A DNA stretch of 62,450 nt, filler included, from Stramenopiles sp. TOSAG23-3 (taxonomy: Eukaryota), in the NCBI GenBank assembly GCA_900128585.1. It is 8 parts of 8 records of this genome, joined end to end, with 100 filler letters (N's around TTAATTAATTAA, not from the genome) between each part and the next. Parts side by side here need not be neighbours in the genome. Positions count along the whole stretch, not along the records: positions 34,312 to 45,614 come from LT642746.1; 7 more parts are not named here. The stretch is one strand, 5' to 3'. Below, piece after piece: positions 34,935 through 43,591 of the stretch (position 1 is the first letter of the stretch; the number at the start of each line of letters is the position of its first letter). Made by a program: the position numbers and the translations under genes. Under the pieces are notes generated by a model. That model was not told where the DNA came from, made no database searches, and saw only the letters and a program-made list of their open reading frames with translations.

Positions 34935-37886
34935 ATGAAAGCAACTTTAACTTTTACATTGTTCACCGTTGCATTATTATGCAGTGGTGGTGCTCATGGC
35001 GTTCTGTGCCATGGAACGAAAACCCCATCAGTGGCGGATCGCGCCACTTTAAACATCAACGTCACGACTACGCCAGAAGAACCCGTTCTTCTTCCACTTT
35101 TACCAAGCCTAAAAAAGGATAAAGGGACACATCCGTCTCCCGCATCCTATTCTGAGGGTAGGTGGGGGGCTGATGGGAAGACGTGGACCGGGCCGAAAGG
35201 GACGGGGGGTCCTGACCAAAGCGCATTCGCTCCAGGGGGAGACCAGGAATCGTTCTTCGGAGCAATGGCTCGAACGTACATTTTGTTCCCTATCCACGCG
35301 ATACTAAGTCGCCCACAAAAAGCTTGTGCAGTGTTCTTCGCTTGCAGTTTCTCGGTGGGTGAAATCGACGCAGTTGTGCAGAGCATCGCCGCTCTCCACG
35401 CAAAAGATTTCGTCGCACCGCTACTCATGGTTGCCACCCTTGTGCTGGTTTTCATGGACTGTCTACGTGCCGCCGTCGAACCAATCGAGAAGGCGCCCCA
35501 CCAGTGCCCTGGTCGCTTCCAATTCTTTGTCAAAGTGAACGGCAAAACCATCACAATCAACGCACACACCTCGGACACTATTGCCACAATAAAACACAGG
35601 GTTAAGGACAAGGAAGCAATACCCCCAGCGAAACTACGCCTTCAGTTTCACGGAAAAGACCTGGATAATGAGAAATCCGTCGGCAACTACAAGATAATCC
35701 GCGAAAGCACGATCCACGGGTGCTTGAGGGGACGTGGAGGCATGAAACGACCCTCTCGCGTGACCAATGGGTATCAAGTAGAGGGAGGCGATTTGACCTG
35801 TCACGGCCTTAAGGAAAATAACTACTGCCGTTCAAAATTTGAAAATGATGCTTCGTATATATCCTCATACGACGGCCATCAAGTGTGTCAGGACTGCTAT
35901 GACACCCTCCTTCAACCCGCATCTAATGGCTACAGACCAGTGACGACAAAAGAAAAAAGAAGAAAAAGAAGAAAAAGAAGATATGGCAGCGGAGGAAGCT
36001 CTTCTTCTACTACTCGTCGTTCGACAACACTCGGCATCAACCTGCAGTCTGGACATGGAGTATCGACGGTCACTCCTGTGGCATCTGCTACAGCTGGACA
36101 CGGTACGATTGCTACAGATGGCAGCGGAGGAGGAGGGATCTCTTCCTCTTCGAGTGGCGTATCGACGCCCAAACCTGTAGCGTCTGCTACAGCTGGACGC
36201 AGAAGAACAACAAGAAAAAGAAGAAGAAGAGATGGCAGCGGAGGAAGCTCTTCTTCTACTACTCGTCATTCGACAACACTCGGCATCAACCTGCAGTCTG
36301 GACATGGAGTATCGACGGTCACTCCTGTGGCATCTGCTCCAGCTGAACGTAGGACGATTGCTACAGATGGCAGCGGAGGAGGAGGAAGCTCTTCTTCTTC
36401 AAGTGGCGTATCGATGCCTAACCCTGTGGCGTCTGCTACAGCTGGACACAGGACGAGGGGGAGAGGAGGAAGCTCTAGAAAAGAAGATAAAAAAATACCG
36501 GATGATATTTTGGATCTGTTACAAGAAAAATTTAACAGGAAGAAACCCTTTTTTGTGCCAGGCGAAAATGGCCTAACAAGTGACTGGGACAAAACGAACA
36601 AATGCCTAATCTATGTCACCTCCAAAAGAGGAGCTTGGATGAGCAAGGCTGTGAACGAAGGTAAGAAAGGCGCAACGGTTCTTGCTATTTTCCCGGCAGG
36701 GACCACTACAGAGTGGTTCAAAAAATGTATTCTTGAGAATATAAATACAAACCGGGAACTGAACTGTAATGAGAACCCTTTAATCAAGAGATTTTACGCG
36801 ATCCGTGGCGACATCCATCCGAAGCTAGGCGCCAGTCTTATGGTGATAATGGGCCCTAACTTGTCGGGACCTACAAAAGTCAATTGGATCACATTTAAAC
36901 CACCCCGAAGGCGTAGGCAGGAAGATGCTGAAAATGACAAAATTGACAAATTCAAAACATTCACCCCTTGTGTTATAGAGAAGCTGTCCAACACATTCAA
37001 TGGGGGCGAACCGATGGAAGACCTCCGCTCGCACGAACCTGGCGCAGTGCTAAACAATATCACCCTCTTCTTTTCTTGTACAAGAAATATCGGTAAATGG
37101 CTTAAAAGGGCGCGAGATCTCGTGGAAAGTAACGACGGGGTGAAAGCCGTTGGCCTCATTCCTGCAAGGACGAATAGCTATTGGTTTTCTGATCTCATTC
37201 TTACCCCACCCTGCCCCACCAGTTTGTTGTTTGTGCAGCAAGGCGTACCGACGCCGCTGCCAGAAGGCGAAAAAAATAGATGGCCGGTGACTATGTACCC
37301 AATGTGCGTGGTAGTCTTGGAGAAGACCAAAGGGAGAGAACAGGCTACACTTGGTGATATAAAATTCAAAACCCCGCGTTTACCGAGATCCCGACCGACT
37401 GTATGGATTGAGGGACGTACTAACATTGAAACGGGAAATGATACTGCGCACGTAGAAGAGCCCGTGCATCAGCTCCAGGGCCTAATTGGGAAGATGTGTA
37501 TCTTTAAATTGAGCAACGCCTGGAAAAAATATGCGGTTAGCAGTGTTCACGACCGGAACGTCCGCTTCAGTTGCCCTGGCGACCAATTTGCAATACTACA
37601 ATACGCACAACTTAAAGAAAGGGTTAAGGACCCAGACTCTTTCCGATGGGTGCAAAGCGAAACACGTGAAGAAGGAAACCTCTCCGCTGTCCATGACAGA
37701 GCGCGGTGCAACCGTTGCCCAGCAGATCGACCAGGTTTGATTAAGTGGTGTTGCGCAAATGTCTTCATTTGTTCGCATTGTGATCTTGCAATCGCCACAA
37801 ACGAAATTGATCTGACGACATTGCCCTCTGACGATGATGAAACGGCAGATGAGGAGGAAGTTGTACTAACAACGGCGCACATCTAA
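34935..37886 (+). CDS. Multidomain protein: signal/TM segments, ubiquitin-like domain, Cys cluster, duplicated S/T/G-rich repeat, two degenerate phage-type Dam (N6-adenine MTase)-like domains, C-terminal Cys/His Zn-finger-like motif
   Basis: FQFFVKVNGKTITI..DTIATIKHRVKDKEAIPPAKLRLQFHGKDL..YKIIRESTIHGCLRGRGG (ubiquitin-like, ends in GG); WMSKAVNEGKKGATVLAIFPAGTTTEWF and IGKWLKRA..AVGLIPARTNSYWF..YPMCVVV (Dam-like); CNRC..CCANVFICSHC. Confidence 0.8.
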   Translation: MKATLTFTLFTVALLCSGGAHGVLCHGTKTPSVADRATLNINVTTTPEEPVLLPLLPSLKKDKGTHPSPASYSEGRWGADGKTWTGPKGTGGPDQSAFAPGGDQESFFGAMARTYILFPIHAILSRPQKACAVFFACSFSVGEIDAVVQSIAALHAKDFVAPLLMVATLVLVFMDCLRAAVEPIEKAPHQCPGRFQFFVKVNGKTITINAHTSDTIATIKHRVKDKEAIPPAKLRLQFHGKDLDNEKSVGNYKIIRESTIHGCLRGRGGMKRPSRVTNGYQVEGGDLTCHGLKENNYCRSKFENDASYISSYDGHQVCQDCYDTLLQPASNGYRPVTTKEKRRKRRKRRYGSGGSSSSTTRRSTTLGINLQSGHGVSTVTPVASATAGHGTIATDGSGGGGISSSSSGVSTPKPVASATAGRRRTTRKRRRRDGSGGSSSSTTRHSTTLGINLQSGHGVSTVTPVASAPAERRTIATDGSGGGGSSSSSSGVSMPNPVASATAGHRTRGRGGSSRKEDKKIPDDILDLLQEKFNRKKPFFVPGENGLTSDWDKTNKCLIYVTSKRGAWMSKAVNEGKKGATVLAIFPAGTTTEWFKKCILENINTNRELNCNENPLIKRFYAIRGDIHPKLGASLMVIMGPNLSGPTKVNWITFKPPRRRRQEDAENDKIDKFKTFTPCVIEKLSNTFNGGEPMEDLRSHEPGAVLNNITLFFSCTRNIGKWLKRARDLVESNDGVKAVGLIPARTNSYWFSDLILTPPCPTSLLFVQQGVPTPLPEGEKNRWPVTMYPMCVVVLEKTKGREQATLGDIKFKTPRLPRSRPTVWIEGRTNIETGNDTAHVEEPVHQLQGLIGKMCIFKLSNAWKKYAVSSVHDRNVRFSCPGDQFAILQYAQLKERVKDPDSFRWVQSETREEGNLSAVHDRARCNRCPADRPGLIKWCCANVFICSHCDLAIATNEIDLTTLPSDDDETADEEEVVLTTAHI
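35962..36450 (+). repeat. Intragenic tandem duplication, 249-nt (83-aa) period
   Basis: atggcagcggaggaagctct starts at 35983 and 36232; the two units are nearly identical. Confidence 0.93.
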
Positions 37887-38022
37887 CTGTTTGAACAGAC
37901 CGGGAACAAAAGATTTTAATAACTAAGAAGGCGATTAGAGAAAACTTGATCGTAAATAGTATTGTTCTTTTAAATACTAGAATAAAATATTAATAGTTGG
38001 CTTAACTTATAACTTCTCTCTT

Positions 38023-39427
38023 CTACAACACCAAACTCATGCAGTCCCTAAATTTCTTCTCGAACAATTCCTCTGAAAAGCGTTCGCTGGCATGGCTTCT
38101 CGCGTTGGTCCTTATTTTCGATTTCTTTGCTGGGGACAGGCTGAACACGTTGGCCATGGCTTCCGCGTACTCCTCTGGTTCTACAGCCAAAAACCCAGTC
38201 GCACTGTCGTTTCCCACCTTTGCGCCCGTCTGAAAGCTGGGCACCACAATGTCCATTTGGGGCCCTGCGGAATTGTGCGCAATCGGTATGGCCCCGGCCG
38301 CCTGCATTTCCACCACTCCAATCCCAAAATGTTCATTCCACATGGTGTGCATACCAGCCTCGGCTCGGCCGAGCCAGGACACGAGCTCGTCCCAGGTAAC
38401 GTTTCGTCGCAGCTCTACATTGTCCGCGACGCCGCACTCTTTTGCGTACACCTCCAGCCCATTCGCCAAAGCCTCGTCTCCTTTGTTTCTACAGCTCCCA
38501 ATCATAACCAACCGGACGTCCTGGAACTTTTTCCTGTCGCTGCGCTCCTTCAGAAGAATTTTCATTGCCGCTATCTGCCGCCGTTGGTCTTTCTCCGGGC
38601 GGAATTGCGAGATTGAGACCACGACCCTTTCCCTCTCCTTCCCATCTATTGGAAGCTTTTGCAACCGCGTCGTATCGCAAGGGGGATAAACGACGTGGGT
38701 GTTGCTTTTGGTGCGTTTCCACAACGAGCGGACGTGGCCGCCGGTCCAAGACGAGTTCACCATAACGACGTCGCAGAAGAAGCCAGCCCAGCTGTACGCG
38801 TACGCAAAAAATCGGTAGTACCATAGTTTCACAAACGTGCGCGTGGTGCTGCTTGTGATGGCCCCGTCGTTGTTGTACGTCGGCCGACGTTCGGCGACGC
38901 GCTTCAACATGTCTTCGCTGATGGTGGGGTAGTGCACGTACGCCGCCGTCCGGCACCCGCACAGCTTGGCGAGCGGCAGGGTGAACGCACAGCCTGTGGT
39001 ATCGATAAAAACGTCCGGTACAAACTGCCAGAGTGCCTCGAGGGCGACGATCATCGACCCAAAGCTCTGCCCCAACATCGTAAAACGGGGCCACGCCGAC
39101 GCCTCTAGCAGATTCCTTCTCTTCAATCGAACAAACCTAGGCTTGTTTTTCAAGATTATGTTGAAACGGTTCAAGCAGCGCTTAAGAATATCCTCGTCCG
39201 GCTCAATGTCACCGGTGTAAATGGTCACTGGGATGTCAGACTCTTCCATTGCTTTCACCGCTATCCATAAGACCCGTTCGCCCCCCCCCACACGTGTTGG
39301 CGTACGGATGAAAGAAGGCTATGCTTTTCGCCGGGTTTTTCGACACTTTGAAAAGGTACGAACGGACCAACAAGAGCACCACCAGCCCGCCAACCACCGC
39401 CGACAAAAGCGCATGGTAGTACAGCAT
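38023..39427 (-). CDS. ALG11: GDP-Man:Man3GlcNAc2-PP-Dol alpha-1,2-mannosyltransferase with +1 frameshift in a homopolymer (39281-39289)
   Basis: TM anchor and SIAFFHPYANT in one frame; GGGERVLW, YVHYPTIS, SQFRPEK, MWNEHFGIGVVE in the next. Removing one G from the G9 run restores FFHPYANTCGGGERVLW. Confidence 0.93.
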
Positions 39428-39696
39428 GCTCACTGCGGAAGAAAAGAGGTCCAACTGAAGAAGGACCATAGTTATCGTTAAATGCCACAACAAAAATCAA
39501 ACCTTTCTTATTGCACGTTGCAAGATAAGCACACGCGCGCGGAATATAGATACACAGAAAGAGAATGGAAATTTGGGACTCAGAAAGAGAATGGAAATTT
39601 GGGGATTTAAATTAGAAATGGAAAGAAACCTAAATTATTGTTCTTTTGAACATTACCACATACGATTAAAAAAAAACTACTTTAAAATTATTTATT

Positions 39697-39935
39697 TAAA
39701 AAAAAAAAAAAAAATGAAAAAGAAGAAGAAAAAGAAGAAGAAGAAAAGGAAGAAGAAGAAGAAGAAGAAGAAGAAGAAAGAAGAAGAAGAAAGAAGAAGA
39801 AGAAAGAAGAAGAAGAAATGAAGAAGAAAGAAGAAGAAGAAAGAAGAAGAAGAAGAAGAAGAAAGAAGAAGAAGAATAAGAAGAAGAAAAAAAAAAGAAA
39901 AGAGAAAAAATAAAAAAGAAGAAGACAAAAGAAGC
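39697..39935. repeat. poly-A / (GAA)n microsatellite
   Basis: Long A run followed by an imperfect AAG repeat tract. Confidence 0.95.
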
Positions 39936-40451
39936 CAAGCCATAATTAAGGATATGTATTTATAGGAATAATGGAATGAGACACTTTACAATGATAAATC
40001 CATTGTAGATATAAGTATTTAAATGAAACCATTTCTTCAATATTAATTATAACTAAATAGAATGAAAAAGTAATAAAAATATACCTCTTTTACATACACA
40101 CAGTATATATAATATCATTATTGAACATTTCCTTTTGAATTTTGGTGGATGGATTATCTGGTCCATCCCTCTTCCCTCTCCTCCTCCCTCCTCTCCTCAT
40201 CTTCTTCTTTCTAATAAATAATAATAATAATAATATAATAAAAAAATCAATCTTAAAAAAAAAATAAAATATTGTATCTTTTTCAAGGAACGAATTGAAA
40301 ATAGTATTTAGAAGAAAGAAGATGAGTAAGCATGAACAGTGTCCTCCATTTGAATGTTTAGAAAGATAGCTATTAATACCCGTTCGGTCCTTCTTCAGAC
40401 AATACAAACCATCAACAGTATTAGTTACACGCAAAGTACAACCCATCATCC

Positions 40452-41732
40452 ATGTTTTTTTCTAGGCTTGCTTCCAACGTTGCCGCACGAAGGGCGCTGG
40501 GTCGTGTTTCCACGCGGTCCGCATGGAGCGGCGCCAAACGTTTCCATCGCCGCACAAACACTCGTAGTGCGTTTCAAGGAATGCCAGCAGTATTCTTAGG
40601 GTCTTCAATTGCCATCGGTTCCGCGTTCGCGTTTGCAGAGGGCGAAGAGGCAGAGATCGAGTGGGGTGCGCCAGTCGGCGGGCCCCTTGGCGAGGGCGAC
40701 AGTCTTGCGGTGGAGAAGGAGTACCCGTTCAAGAAAGAGAGCAACACCGTGCTCTCGAACCGCCACAGAGTTGCCCTGTGTGGGTGGCCAATAAGGGGCG
40801 CGCGAGATATTGACGACGAGCGCGTAAAGGATATGCATGCATTGTTCGAGCACGTATGGAACTCGAATTACGACGGCGTTGAGATATCTGTGGAAGACTT
40901 TCGAGCCCTGTACCCGGAAACGTTCCGTGGTATGAGTGACGTGGAAGCGGCTAAAGTGATAAAGGAGACGGCGGAAGACCATGGCGTTTCCGTGCTTGGC
41001 ACACTGTACTTGGTGGGGGACGGGACCGATCGTGTCCGACCGTGGGATTTGGATTTCAGCGACGAAAATTTTTACCAAAAAATGGAGGAGAAATTGACCG
41101 CCGACAGAACAGCAGGCGCGGAATACGTCACCTACCAAATCGGTTTGCCCCCAAAGTACATGAACACCGGCGGGGCGTACCGTGGGGATACAGAATATTA
41201 CGACCTTACCGTGGACCGCCTTCACAAGCTTAGAACGCTGGCAAACAATGTAGGGTTGAACATTTATTTCGAAACGCACATCGAACGAATCTCGGAGGAT
41301 CCCATCGCCTTTACCGATATTATCGAACGATCCGAAACCTTGAGCGGTCGGCCCTTCGAGGAGGTGAACGGCGACCTTTCCCATTACATCTATTGTGGCA
41401 TCACAAAAGGCGCTGCCCTGGATAAAATTCTGAAACGAGTGAACCACATGCACCAAAGAATGGCCCGTCTGTATGGTGATTTTTCCTCCGAAGTCATCAA
41501 CCCCGCGGAGGACTGGGAGGCCAAGGGCTGCACGTACACTGCGTTCCAACTCTCGTCGAAGGCATTAAAGGGTGGCCTTTCCAGCCGCACAATTAGTGGA
41601 GAAACGGGGCCAATCCATTTGGTAACAGACACGTTAACCCACGATGCAAAACTGGTTCCACTCTTTCGAATGATGGCACTCTACGCAGACGGTGAAATTA
41701 CAGACCAAGAAGTTAAAAATCCTTTCCTGTAA
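40452..41732 (+). CDS. Xylose-isomerase-like TIM-barrel (sugar-phosphate isomerase/epimerase family), probable mitochondrial presequence
   Basis: YDGVEI, YFETH, GDLSHY, HMHQRM, GETG metal-ligand pattern; Arg/Ser/Ala-rich N-terminus. Confidence 0.7.
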   Translation: MFFSRLASNVAARRALGRVSTRSAWSGAKRFHRRTNTRSAFQGMPAVFLGSSIAIGSAFAFAEGEEAEIEWGAPVGGPLGEGDSLAVEKEYPFKKESNTVLSNRHRVALCGWPIRGARDIDDERVKDMHALFEHVWNSNYDGVEISVEDFRALYPETFRGMSDVEAAKVIKETAEDHGVSVLGTLYLVGDGTDRVRPWDLDFSDENFYQKMEEKLTADRTAGAEYVTYQIGLPPKYMNTGGAYRGDTEYYDLTVDRLHKLRTLANNVGLNIYFETHIERISEDPIAFTDIIERSETLSGRPFEEVNGDLSHYIYCGITKGAALDKILKRVNHMHQRMARLYGDFSSEVINPAEDWEAKGCTYTAFQLSSKALKGGLSSRTISGETGPIHLVTDTLTHDAKLVPLFRMMALYADGEITDQEVKNPFL

Positions 41733-42551
41733 TTTCATCCCAGTTTCAACCCGAATAATATACATTATAAAATGGCTAATACGAGGGACACATGATGATT
41801 TTGAAACCTGAGGAGATATCATTTTTATTTTATCTGTAAGAAACGTACTCGATTCGGATCATGCATGGAATCAAGCTTAGTTCGGGACGTGGCGTCCCAG
41901 GCCTTCCGGCCAAGGTCGCTGATGCGATTGTGCTGGGCCCGAATAGAATCAACGGACGCTTTGGCAAGGGCTGTGGAAAGTTCTGTGGCTGTGGACGCTT
42001 TGGACATGGGAATGATAGTCAAGACTAAGTGAAAAGGTAGACTATATTTGATTAGTAAAATCACAAGAGCTGAGCTAAGTTCGCAATACATGAAGGTGCG
42101 TAAACCTTTAATGGACAAAAGGAGCAGATTCATTTTCACGGTACACGATTTTAATTTACTTAGATACGTAAGATACTCAAACATTTGTTCTGCATACCCC
42201 CACCCCAAGAAGAAAAAAAGAACCCACTGCCGGCCACCACCGCCGATTTTTATTATTATTATTTTAAAATTCTTGATACTGTGTCGATGTTAAATAATTT
42301 CATCTAAAAAGCTACTCTACCACAAATTTCTCTCTCTCTCCTCTTCTTCTGTTCTTCTCTATAAAAGTAGTATCCATTTCCCAATTTTTGATAAGAGACA
42401 ACACTTTCTTTTTATAGATATTAATACAGTAGAAGTGAAAGTGTGAAAGAAAAGGATTTCAAATTCACAGTAGAGCAAGTCGAACAAAGCAGTTGCTTGT
42501 TGTTACCAGTTGGTTTGAACGATAGTTGTTTGTTTTTGTATTTTTTGAGAA

Positions 42552-42630
42552 TCATATATTTTTCATCGTCATCTTCGTCATATTTCACAATGGTTTCTTT
42601 TGTTCTCTCAACAAAGTGTATGGTAGGTAC
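42552..42630. repeat. 79-bp perfect inverted repeat, partner at 45536-45614
   Basis: tcatatatttttcatcgtcatcttcgtc...caacaaagtgtatggtaggtac equals the reverse complement of the last 79 nt of the contig. Confidence 0.93.
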
Positions 42631-43250
42631 TGTTGGGATTGTTTTGTCTCAGCACAACCTTTGTGGTTGCTCAGGCCGGGTGTCCTTGTGAAAGCCTAGG
42701 GACTTACTGTCAATACGCACCACCTGATTCACCGTGTCCAAGGAAAGGAGTCTGTCATGGTTACCCAAACTCCACCTGCAGTTGCAACGATTGTCCAAAA
42801 CCAGATTCTTCGTGCAAAGGGTGCAGTCCGTCCCCCGGTCCAACCCCCGGCCCGTCCCCCGGCCCATCCCCCGGCCCATCCCCCGGCCCATCCCCCGGTC
42901 CACCCCCAGGCCCTTGCCCAGACGGATACTTTGAGTGCAACTGTTATTGCAACGCAGGCGACACGATTTACGGTTCATTTGGATGCAACTGTGCAAACTA
43001 CAAGCCATTGCCGGCGAGTCAGCAAACGAAATGTTGTGGCGGGGAATATGGCTTCGACGCTTGGTGCGCGAAGGCAGGGACGCCGTCGGCGAAGAGTGCA
43101 ACATGTAGCAACCAGACAACTTCTGGGTCACCGACTCCACCAGGAGACTTTTACGAGTTTGGAACGTACAAACGATGTGTCAAGGGGCACTGCAACGCGT
43201 ATTTTTGTGACAACCCCAAGCCAGATTACCCAACGGGATGCCAGGGATGA
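42590..43250 (+). CDS. Secreted Cys-rich protein with (PGPS)n linker; 5' end needs a 1-nt frameshift or a splice
   Basis: Cys-rich domains flank PSPGPTPGPSPGPSPGPSPGPPPGP. ATG 42590 (MVSFVLSTKCMV) plus VLLGLFCLSTTFVVAQA forms a signal peptide if one G near 42626 is removed. Confidence 0.75.
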
Positions 43251-43591
43251 TTGATTAGTTAAATTCATGTGTTATGAAAAAACAAATTATAGTATGATAT
43301 GCTTTAAGACTCTCATTGTGTTATGAAAATTTTTTTTTTTATAAGTATCATGTTTTAGTCAGTGAAAATAAATCAAATATGAACGTACTAAGGGACGCAT
43401 TTTGTTTTTTTTACCCGGAAGTACGGAAGTATCAAATTAATTTTAGTAAAACTTGGTACGAAGAAGCTAAATTTAATTACTTAAATAACAGCCAATTTTC
43501 TTGTTTTAAAACTTAGTGCAGTCGTTGCTGCAGCACAATAACACCAAGAGCTTATTAAACCAATCCCTGCTCGCGTTTGTACGAAGGGATC

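Noticed and set aside
39573-39943. Poly-Lys / poly-Phe ORFs
   Set aside because: These are translations of the GAA microsatellite.
42836-42912. 12-bp tandem repeat resembling a CRISPR or minisatellite
   Set aside because: It is the coding PGPS linker, with no spacers and no cas genes.
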